From Azolla caroliniana (Eukaryota > Plantae > Polypodiophyta), in contig JBHGNT010000009.1 of assembly GCA_043228905.1 (NCBI GenBank), positions 13,206,001 to 13,270,000 of the forward strand: a DNA stretch of 64,000 nt. The letters are read 5' to 3'. Made by a program: the position numbers and the translations under genes. Under the pieces are notes generated by a model. It worked only from the letters and a program-made list of their open reading frames with translations. It was not told the origin of the DNA and did not search any database. The number at the start of each line of letters is the position of its first letter. Position 1 is the stretch's first letter. Positions 35,848-46,870 of this stretch are shown here, one piece after another.

Positions 35848-36723
35848 TTCTTCTCAACAGATTATTGTCTACAATGATGACAAAAATCTAACATACTTTC
35901 AAAGTGCTCGAGTCTTGAATCATCAACAAGCTCGTTGGGCGCAATTCTTAACTCATTTTGATTTTGTAATTCTATATCGCCCTAGGATGCAACAAGGAAA
36001 AGCATATGCTTTCTCTCGACGTTCGTATATGGAACTTCAACCAGGAGAGGCTGCATTTGAAAGTCAAAAGCAAATCCTTTTAGGTCTTGATCGTCTACGA
36101 CTAATGGCAATGCATACTATCAACACACCGGGAGATTCAAGGCTTCATGATTCCATTCGGGAGCATATTGTGACCGATGCATTCGCCCAAGAGGTTTTGA
36201 GCCATATTATCCCAGATTGTGCTTCCAGCTCCCAATCTCAAAATCCTTGTCTAGACTATACCCAGTTTAGTTGGCATGATGGTTTACTTTTTCGACAAAC
36301 TCCTTGTATGTGCCAGACGGTCCTTCTTGACTCAAAGTCGTGCAACAATGTCATGCCACACCAATGGCTGGACATTTCAGTATCCACAAGACTTTTGAGT
36401 TGATTTCTCACCGATATGGGTGGCCACGACTTCGTCATTTTGTTACGGATTATGTTCGTAGTTGCGATACATTATGCCGATCAAAAAAGCCTCGACATCA
36501 TCCATATGGCTTATTAATGCTTATTCCCGACAACCCATGGAAATCTATTTCCCTAGACTTTATTACAGATATTACACCTTCCAAGGGCTTTGATTCTATT
36601 CTCACGGTAGTCGATCGTTTTACGAAGATGGCACATTTCCTTCCATGCACGAAGACCGTTACTAGTCAAGAGATAGCCAATTTACTCATGCGGGAGGTGT
36701 TTCGCCATCATGGTCTTCCAGAT

Positions 36724-37305
36724 TATAGTACGTAAAATTTGTGTTCGTTTGCCATATCATTCGTTTTCCTACGTTGGAAAATGAACATGAATGATATTCA
36801 AATATTTGTGTGTTTTTTTTTTCCTTTTTTTTGTTTTTTCCCCCTTTTCCCCCTTTTCCTCTACACATCAATGTAATGTAACGTTACGCTCTCCTCTCCT
36901 CTCCCACCTAGCCTCGAATGATCTGCATACCAACGAGATTCAGGTATATTTAGGGTTAATAATAGGGTTTAAAGTTTTGCAATGAAATTTTTGTAATTAT
37001 TCTATAAAGCTTGTAATTGCTTTAATTTGTCTATAATTTCTATCATTTTGAAGTAATTCGTGTAATGTCTATACACACATACTAAGCTATGTAGTACAAA
37101 ATTTATACGCACAAAAATTACAATAAATAGATTTACGAAAAAAGCATATTGTTATTAAGAAGGTAATGTTTTTTTTTTGCAATTTTTAAATTTTTTTTAC
37201 CGTGAAAAAATATTTACCTTATAGTAAATCATTTATCCAAAAGTATGGTATTTATCATTCTCGAACACGAATGCACGAAAAATGGTACGTATGGTTCATA
37301 CTATG
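36724..37305. mobile_element. Non-autonomous hAT-type DNA transposon (582 bp) inside the integrase of E
   Basis: 8-bp TSD TTCCAGAT at 36716-36723 and 37306-37313; imperfect TIR TATAGTACG...CATACTATG; AT-rich and non-coding; removal restores HHGLPD-DIINDRGPQF. Confidence 0.88.
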
Positions 37306-38859
37306 TTCCAGATGATATTATCAATGATCGGGGTCCCCAATTCATCTCGAAATTTTGGCGGCACATGTTCAAACTCTTACATACTTCTTGTAAACTCTCT
37401 TCCGGCTACCATCCAGAGACTAATGGGCAAAGTGAGCGCACCAACCAAACAGTCGAACAATATCTACGTTGTTTTGTCAACTATCAACAAGATGATTGGG
37501 TGGATCTATTATATTTGGCGGAATTTGCTTACAACAACTCTGAACATTCTTCTACTGGATATTCCCCATTTTTTCCAAACACTGGGTACCATCCTCGTTG
37601 GACGATGCTTGAACATCCCGAACTCCCGAAAAACCCAGCTGCTGAAGATCGACTCACCCGACTCCAAGAAGTTTAGGATATACTTTTGCATCATTTATGT
37701 GATGCCCAAAACTCTCAAAAGAAGATTGCTGACCGTCATCGGTGTGATTCATCGGCTACGTTTCAAGTAGGCGATCGTGTATGGCTCTTACAAGGTAGCA
37801 TCAAAACCACCCGACCTTGTTACAAATTGGATTATCAACATTTCGGTCCATATGTGATCTCTGGTAAAATCAATGATGTGACATTTCGTCTTGATCTTCC
37901 TCCTCATATGCGTCTTCACCCGGTCTTCCATGTTTCACTTTGGGAGCCCTACACAACAAGCTCTATTCTGGGTCGTCTTACACCTCCCCCACCTCCAATC
38001 GAAGTTTCCAATGGCTCTGAATATGAGGTTGCTGTCATTCTTGACTCCAAGATCATCCACAACAAACTATATTATTTGGTTGATTGGTTAGGTTATACAC
38101 CTAATGATCGAACATGGGAGCCTGCCGAGCATCTTGCTAATGCCTCTGACATGGTTGTTGCATTTCACAACCAATATCCCCATAAACCAAGTCCGAACTC
38201 TTGTCTTCCAACTCGTACAACTCGTCATTCAAAAAGGGGGATAATGTCATAAAGACATACATTAACCAAGAATCGAACCCACAACTTCTTAATCTATGTG
38301 TTGAACCCTTAACCATTATAATAACATATATGATATATAATTATAATAATTATAGTTTTAGTTATTACGAGATATTTAGAATATTCTAGAACATCCTTGA
38401 ATATTTCATTATTATATTTATTATCATAAAATATCTAAAATATTCTAGAATATTCTAGAACACTCCATAAGGATCTATAAATAATTGTCCATTCATTCAT
38501 CACAACTCATTCGGTTCAACACTAGTCTTTAGCCCTTAGCCTACTCTTTGTAATCTTGTTTCCTCTTAATATAATCTCATTTCCATTTCAAGTCTTCTCT
38601 CTGTGTGTGTGTGTCTCTTACTCACGAGTCACGACACATGGTATCAGAGCGCGAGGGTTGAAAATCCTCTGCTTCCGACACAAAGCTTGAGAAGACTAGA
38701 GGAAACCTAACTTCCGGTAAGAACAAACCGAAAAGAAAAGAAAAGGACAGAGGAATGGCAAGCTCGCTTCCAACTGAGAAGCTCGACAGGAACAACTATA
38801 CATCTTGGTTGTACAAGATGCACTAGTACTTGCTGGGACATGGGTACTGGAGTTATGTC

Positions 38860-39497
38860 TGTGAAAGTGTTTTTAGAATTCAAGGTATTGAAGTCTACAA
38901 AAATATAAGGTATGGAGCATTCACACCCGAAGGCCAAGAACACGATCTAAGGTTTCAAGTATAAGTCAAACTAAAAGCAAGAAAGATGGAGAAAAGTAAA
39001 AGAAGGAAAAAGCAGACCACCAAAAAGCAGTCAGAAACAAACGCTCATAACTCTCTCGTTTGACACCCAAATATCACGTGTAAATATGAGTTAGAAAGCT
39101 TATGACGAGAGCTATCCGTAGCTTTTTAAAACTCTAAATTTGGAGCATGGATGAGGGAGATATGAAGATTAGAAGATCGTTGTGTCATAGCTAAGAATAG
39201 GAGATGGAAAAGCTCTAAAAAAAGCGTGGAAAAGAAAGCAAGCGAAACTTATCTACTAGAGGAGAACTTCATATAAAGCAAGAAGAGTGAGGTGGTGAGG
39301 AGACTTTTTTCTTGTGGTGTTTTTCTTGCCTATTCATGTAGTGCGTTTTTCTAGTGATCAATTCATCCTTGTAGGCTTGAGTTTATGTATCTTCTTTCTC
39401 TTGTTTCTATGATCATCACTCATTATTAATATATCTTTGTAGATTTGGGTTTCTATATCTTCCTTCTTTCTCTTTTCTATCATCATCTCTCTTTTCA
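38860..39497. mobile_element. Solo LTR (638 bp) inside gag of copia D
   Basis: TGTGAAAG...CTTTTCA flanked by TSD ATGTC at 38855-38859 and 39498-39502; removal restores GYWSYV-EGANE. Confidence 0.85.
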
Positions 39498-40734
39498 ATG
39501 TCGAGGGAGCAAACGAGGTAGCGCCAAAGCCAACACACAAGGAATTCTCGGCATGGGAGCAAGGAGTGAGCAGATGCTTGATTACATCAGATTCGCAAAG
39601 TCGCCGAAGGAGGCCTGGGAAAATCCCAGAAAGATTTTCGCCGCCCGTACCACAGCCTGTAAGTTGCAGCTTTGGCAAGAGCTCAACAACATCCGGCAGA
39701 GAGACATGTCAGTTATAGACTGTACCACCAAGATAAAGGAGATCGCGCTCGGGTCCATCAATGTGACAGTGGACAAAGACGATGTTGGCTAGAGTATGGT
39801 TTGGAGGAAAAATGTGGAAAGGGATGAATCAGAGTCATATTATATTTAGAGAAAGAATTAGTTAGAAATATTATAGGAACAGGCAGATCTGGAATAGTTG
39901 TACCGATTCGAATCCGGACCTATTCATAGCCGGTAGCCAATAAGGCACCGTTTTGTATTCTCAACCGGAGGCCTATAAAAGGATCCGGGAATCAATGTAA
40001 TAGGTAGCAGAAGAAATACAAGTTGGAGTTTTTGATTTAAGAGCATTGTATTCCTTGTCTACTTTCCATTCTATGCTTTCATGCTCTATCTTATGCGCGT
40101 TCTAATTAAACGATTGCTCATTACCCTAATCCGGAACGTATCCAGAATCAGTCAGATTAGAATCGGATCGGTGTTAGATAACATCACTCCCGTAACCACC
40201 CCTTTGGTGAAGTGTTCCGGAAGGACACTTTGTGTTTGTGGCGAGTCCATCCTAGGATAAAAACAGTTTTGGCGACCACGATTCCTGTAACCTGTAGTGA
40301 ACGACAGGGAATGGATGACTAGACCGATGAACAACCCAATCACTGAACGAGCGAGAAGACTAGCCGAGAGAGTGCAGAGGCGGGAGGCCTATCAGCAGGT
40401 GATCGAGGAGATCCGACAGGATCGGTCTTTTCCCAGAGAGATTCGGCAGGTCGCGGAAGAGACAATCCGGTTTCAACGCACCATTATGGAGATTTTTGGT
40501 GACTTCATTCTGGTGTTCATGCAAGTCTTCCTCGACGACTTTGTGGTCTATGGGATGCAAGCAGATCACTTGAGCCATCTAAGGCTATGTTTGGAACGAT
40601 GCCGTACTTTGCGCCTCAGCCTCAACCCAACCAAGTGCGCATTCGGGGTCAGAAACGGAGCCCTTCTCAGGCATATAGTGAGCAAGAACGGTATTGCAGT
40701 GGATCCCAACAAAATCAAGGCCATTATCGAAGCT

Positions 40735-41046
40735 AAAACACCCAGTAATGCAAAGGCCCTTAGCTGTTTTTTGGAACAAATCCGTTGGCACAACCGTATG
40801 CTTCGCTATTTGGCGGATTTCACAACCCCTCTTCACGTTGTGATGCACCGCACACCATACAGATGGACGACAACGGAGGATAAGGCATATAAAACACCCA
40901 GTAATGCAAAGGCCCTTAGCTGTTTTTTGGAACAAATCCGTTGGCACAACCGTATGCTTCGCTATTTGGCGGATTTCACAACCCCTCTTCACGTTGTGAT
41001 GCACCGCACACCATACAGATGGACGACAACGGAGGATAAGGCATAT
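40735..41046 (+). repeat. Exact in-frame 156-bp (52-codon) tandem duplication in the RT connection region of element I
   Basis: KTPSNAKALS...TTEDKAY occurs twice in ORF 40297-41091; copies at 40735-40890 and 40891-41046. Confidence 0.95.
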
Positions 41047-43014
41047 GAAGCACTAAAAGTGATGCTGACACAAGCACCACCCGTAGTATAGCCTCCGGAC
41101 TGGTCAAAGTCATTCCATGTATTTGTCGATGCCTCCGACATAGCAATCGACAGTGCACTTTTGCAACTCACCGAGCCCAGCTAGTACCGGCCGGTGTATT
41201 ATTCTAGCCGCAAATTATCAGATGTGGAACGTAACTATTCGACGATTGAGCGTGGAGCTCTGGGTATGATCTACAACGTCAATAAATTCCAACATTATTT
41301 ATTTGGTTGGAAATTCACGTTTCACGTGGATCACGCCGCATTACTGTACCTGGTCGCTAAACTTTCATTAACTAGGAAACTAGCCAGATGGATGTTGCTA
41401 TTACAGGAATTTGAATTCGAGATTCAACATCAGCCAGGCACACAGCATGCAATAGCAGATTATCTAAGCAGGATAGATAATGGCAACGAAATATCTATCC
41501 TGCTTAGATAATCCGCTACTGCGTCGATTTTTCAGACGCCGAAATATTGCGTATTGCGACAACCAGGACAAAAGACGACAAGGATTTCCCCGATAGGTGG
41601 CTGATAGAAATGATGTACTTCTTGAGCACGGGGTTACCACCGCCACAGCTAAGAATGGACGAAAAGAAAAGGCTTGCGGTGCGGAGCCGGAATTTCTGCC
41701 TAGTCGAAGGGGTCTTATACCATAAGGGAAGCGATGGCATCTAGTGACGAGGCGTACGACATGACGAGAAAAATGCGGTATTACGAGAAGCTCACTACTG
41801 TACAACAGGGGGCCACTACGCGGGGGATGTTACGGCCCAGAAAGTGTGGCAAGCAGGTCTGTGGTGGCCAACTACACAAAGGGATGCGTACATGTACTGC
41901 CAAGGGTGCGACCTCTGCCAGCGAATGGGCCAACTGACGAAGCTAGCACAGATGCCCCACCAGCCAGTGCTTCCGCTTGAACCTTTCCAAAAATGGGGTC
42001 TCGATTTCGTCAGACCTTTTACCCCAGCAGCGGCCCGTACGGGAAACAAATATATCCTAGTAGCCATGGATTATTGTACGAAATGGAAACAAAGCATTAC
42101 GGGATAACATCGCGGCTTCTACGGCAAAATTTTTGTACGAGCAGATTTGGTGCTGTTTTGGCTGTCCGATCGAGCTCATTAGTGATCAAGGAAGCCATTT
42201 CCTGAATATGGTCATTTATGATCTCACGCAACATTGCCCCCTGGTTCACAAGTAGAGTACACCGTATTACCCTGAGGCGAATGGTCTAGCGGAGTCGACG
42301 AACAAAACACTTCAGAATATCATGAAAAAGATCGTCAATGACAACCGCATAGATTGGGACATGAAGTTGCACATCGCCTTGTGGGCAAACCGCACGAGCT
42401 TCAAAACCAGTGTACAATCAAAGCCATTCCGGCTGGCGTTCGGGCTAGAAGCCGTAATGCCTATCGAGTTTCAGATACCAAGATTACGTATACAAGTCCA
42501 TGAATGGTTGTCCGAGGGCCAATCTGAGCATATTCGGTTACAACAACTACTCGAATTAGGTAAAGCTAGGGTCCACAGCATGGCGATCCTCGAGCACGAG
42601 CAGTGGCGGTAGAAGGCATTTGTGGACCAGCACCGTGGCACCAATGGGAAGCAGTTTAAAATTGGGAAAGCTATCTTAGTCTTCCAAACACGCATGGGAC
42701 AAATGCCGGGAAAACTACGGTTCCGATGGACAGGGCCGTACTGGATAATAGGAGCCAAGAACGGGACACTCGAACTAGGCACCCTCGCACGCGAAGTCTT
42801 GCGTCAAAAAGTCAACGGGTTTCGATTAAAGCCGTATTTGGGACCCACGCCGCCAAATCTGTTTTGTGCCAATAAATATAATCCGGTTGTTGGTCTATGG
42901 AACGACCATTAAATGGGACCCACGGATAAATATGTAACATTAATGTACTATAAACCTAGCCTTGACCGTTAGGTATGAAATGAAAAAAAAAGAAAAAGAA
43001 AAGAAAGGACAGTC

Positions 43015-45977
43015 ATGACTATTAAAGTGACTTCATGCATGCACACTTTCCAAGAAAGAAAGAACACACGTGTCCACACAATGATTCACAGACTCATGAA
43101 CCCTAACTCACAAAAAGAAGCCAACAAGCGTTCCTCTGCACATCACAGAAAACATTTCCAAGTTCCCTGCTCTTCTCGCTCTCCTTGCTCCCCTTGCTCT
43201 GCTTGCTCTGCTTGCTCCCCAACCTCCTTGCGCCATCACAGACGGATCAGCTTGCGATCCATACCCCTGAGTCACACTCCCCACGCATCTCGCGAAAACG
43301 ACATGTTGATCTTTATCTCCCCGGCTTTGCGGCAATGGCTACACGAGAAGGGCTTAGACGGCAACATCCGGGTAGCAGAAGCCCCACCACACCCCGATGC
43401 ACACGAAGTAGCCAAGAAACTCAATGTCGACACAATCACAAATGCCAGCATCAAGAGGAAGCTGGGTTTATCCGGGAGCGATGAACGACACTTCGAAATC
43501 CCCCATGCAGGTGCTCTCGAACAGTATTTCGGAGAATATTCAACCTCCGCAAAGGCCTACAGGACACGAGACATCCTGAACTCATTCTTTCGGGTAGTGG
43601 CAAAATTCTTGTTGGAAGTAGGCTGTGTACATACCAACGCCTATGGGATGCCAAAGCAGAAAGTAGGCATCGTCATTGATACATTCGAGGGACGCTCCAT
43701 TGATTGGGGAGTCATTATGGTGTCATCACTAAGGGAGGGTTTGCACGCGTTCCAGGCCGGGAAGAAGCTCTTCCCTATTATACAACATTACTTGACAGTA
43801 CTATTCCCTCCTCGTGGCCTCCCCGCCCCGAAAACAAGCCACCAAACACCTACGCCACAGTCAACAAAACGAAGATTAGCTGACCGCGCGGCGACAGAAT
43901 GGGAGGAAGAAGCAAACCCCCACGAAACAGAAGCTGCCTCGTCACAAGATGTCTTGCAAACAAACTATGCTCACTCCGGCGAAGCACAAACAACGACGCC
44001 CCAAAATGAGCAAGAGACGACACGTGGAAGTCTGAAACCCAAGCACAGGAGGTTAAGGATGGTGGCGGACTAGTTAAAGATACGGCCCCACGTGTCGAAG
44101 ACCCCGCTCCTACAGAGGCCACTATGACACTAGAGTTGATATCCAAGCCGCGACCAATAATAAGCGCACAATTGCAATGCGGTAAAGGCGTGCTGATGGC
44201 AGAAAGCGAAGTGTTGTCTTACCTCGACATCTCGGACACGGCCCATGAATTTGGCGCACTCTTGCAATTCGGCACAACTTATGAGCTCATGGAGTTCCTA
44301 GCGACACAACAGATAAAGGTTTCCTAGGGAATGATCAACGAGCACGCTAGGCGACAGAGGATTGAGCGTGCTCTGACCGGCGGAAAGAGAAGACGAAAAA
44401 CCCCTAGCACAAGTAGGAAGGAAGTGAAACGCGGGTGTTCGCCGCGTAGGAATCAAACTCCCTCCGCTTTACACGACCTTAGTAGAGGTCCATAGGGAGT
44501 TAGCGAAAGTCACCCTGGGCGCCAGAGATATGGAGATTATAAACAAAAACGTTTGGAAAATGGTGAAAATAACCCAGGAGGAGTTAAACAAAGCATAGGA
44601 ATGCATTACACAGCTTGAGAACAACGCACCCATGACGCAACAAGCTCCGGCTCCTACCTCCCAAGCCACCGAATTACAGAACTTGCGGGAGGAGATAGAG
44701 GCTCAAGCGGCGATAACGGAAAAAGCTAAAAGGGCTACGGAGCCAGCCGAATCAGAAATTGACCTCCTTAGATCAAAACTCTACCAGTCTTTAGACAGAG
44801 AGGTGGACATCCAAGCAAAGGGACGCAAGGTGGTCAAGACGATTTAGGACAAGCTCGACGTAGAAATAGCAACACATGGCCGAAGGAAGGAAGAGAGGGA
44901 CAAGGTCCACGAAGAAGGGAGCAAGAAGGAAGCCACTATTACGACGTTACGCGAAGTAACACAGAAAAAGCGAGAGTGGTATGATGAACCAACTCAAGCG
45001 TGACATCAAAATTTGCCTCAACAAGGAGATGGGCCGACTAGAGGAGTTCCATGAGAAGGAGTCGAAAATCTGGGCACAAATGAAGACACATTATGAAGAA
45101 AGCAACGGTGGCCTACAAGAGGAAAATTGAGAACCTCAAGAAGGCTCTGGAGGACTTACAAGCCTACATGAACTGGAGCACGGAGCATATACGCACCCTC
45201 CTCCAAACAAAGCACGAATGATTTACGGCCCAATTACAAGCAGTGTTAGACAAAGGATGGGTAGCATAGGCAGCGGAACTCCACGCATACAGAGCGGACT
45301 GGGAAAATCGGCATAAGGAAGGAAAAGGTTTTTACAAACTAAGCGAAGAAAGCATCACTACGGTTCGCGAAGACCTTACGCATGATTACCAGTCTTTGGC
45401 CGACTGTCACACCGAAGAGATGGCACAACTATTAGAAGACTTTCGTGAAAGTCAAGAAGAAGCATTCTGGCAGCTATGTGACATCCGAAGCGAACATCAA
45501 AGGGCGGAAGAGGGGAAGAAGGTGGAGGCCATCACCCTCTAGGATAGCGATTCCGCGGAGCAGGATGAGAGCCCGACTGAACAAACGGGCGCTCCGGAGG
45601 TGACTATGATGACCGCACCCAACGAGATATTCCCCGCTTCGGTAGTCACTACAAAAGAAGCAATCCAAGAAGACCCACGGTCGGACACATGCCCACTGCA
45701 ACCACCCACGCAAAGAGACCCCGACCATACCTCCACATGCGCGGAGCATGAGATATGGCCGGAGCTGCCTACAGAGGCACTACGGGAGGAAACGCCAATT
45801 GAGCCACAAATTGATGAGCCTAGCCACGTTAGGCACCACCGGTTACGACAAGCAATGACAAGTGGCAGGAACCTAATATCCGCGATATTTTGGAGAACGA
45901 GTAGAAGAGGATGGGTTCGACGTGCCACAACATTGTCCCACAAGCGTGTCAGGTGTTGTCCGCCGGAAGCGGACTAA
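43015..45977 (+). pseudogene. Decayed extra ORF downstream of pol in element I (unknown function, charged coiled-coil-like C-terminal half)
   Basis: ORF pieces 43015-44073, 44124-44327, 44632-44847 and 45600-45977; homologous to 58863-59885 with an identical peptide AHEFGALLQFGTTYELMEFLATQQIKVS. Confidence 0.8.
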
Positions 45978-46870
45978 TGAGAAACAAGGCGAGAAGTAAA
46001 GAAACAGGCTAGGGGGTAGCCGTGTTATTATAAACGAAGCGTTAAAGTAACGCATGTAACGGTTCATGCATGAAGCGTAATCGACTATGCCCTGCGTATA
46101 TAAAGGGCATAGAAACATTGTAACAACTAGCGTAGTTTTGAGCATAACCAGTCTAATATAGTCATACTGTCTTTTCTGATCTTGGTGTTGATTACTCTCT
46201 GGCTCTACGTCGTTCGTAAGTGTATCCGTTCTTAGGGCAAGTAGTGTATCTCTATACAACGATGCACAGTAGGAAGGAGCTTGGTCGTAGTTGTCTCCGG
46301 TTAATGCCTTACCTTCGCGGACACTTAGTGACGCTTTACCCTTGTACTACGCTGAGGCTAGACCTACTACGCTAATCCATTTTCTATACCACAACCTCCT
46401 TGAGCCATACCTCAATGGACTGCAGGTAGGCCGTGTTCCTAATCGATAACAATCAACGATGAGGAAGAGTTCGCAGAACCACAACCACAACCGTAGCCGG
46501 AAGAGCAGCCGAATGAAGTAGGAGTAGAGCAGCCAGATGGAGCTGGTACGGAACAAATGGAAGAAGTCAAGACGGAACAACCAAAGCAAACTGGAAATGG
46601 AGAGCACGTCAGAACCGGAGTAGGACAAGAACAACATCAACCGGAAGGGGATGGAGAACAACAACAAGAGGAGGAGCAAAGTGAAGAACCGCTCGAACCC
46701 TTGGATCAGAGCATTTTCGACATACTTGATGAGGACTGACGGAGCTAACCCGTGGGTTCAACATGCAATGCACTGCCCCACGGGTGTGCCATGTGTTGGC
46801 CAGAGTATGGTCTAGAGGACAAATGTGGAAAGGGACGAGTCGGAGTTGAATATTATATTTAGAGAAAGAT

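Larger units (their letters stand above)
21195..38636 (+). mobile_element. Ty3/gypsy chromovirus E (Tcn1/Tf1-like), decayed, hosting elements F, G, H and a hAT insertion
   Basis: LTRs 21195-21604 and 38245-38636; TSD CATGG at 21190-21194 and 38637-38641; PPT AAAAAGGGGGA. Gag 21680-22679 (CLYCG knuckle), protease LDSGA at about 26225, RT (VDYRGLN, YLDD), RNase H, integrase and C-terminal chromodomain (EYEVAVILDSK...YLVDWLGY...TWEP). Confidence 0.96.
20865..39782 (+). mobile_element. Ty1/copia element D, 5' part: LTR 20865-21191, PBS split by element E, gag 38756-39782 split by a solo LTR
   Basis: LTR TGTTGAGCAGACAAGCTCAAC...CTTTTACA; PBS TGG|TATCAGAGC resumes at 38642; gag MASSLPTEKLDRNNY... 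homologous to element C. Confidence 0.9.
39783..46870 (+). mobile_element. Non-chromovirus Ty3/gypsy element I with RT-RNase H-integrase and a long 3' extra ORF; gag/protease deleted, 3' LTR truncated
   Basis: 5' LTR 39783-40265; PBS TGGCGACCAC at 40270; RT (VFLDDF), RNase H (VDASD, NYSTIER), integrase (PFQKWGLDF, PGKLRFRWTGPY); 3' LTR begins at 46794, matching 39783 for about 75 bp before a deletion junction. Confidence 0.92.
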
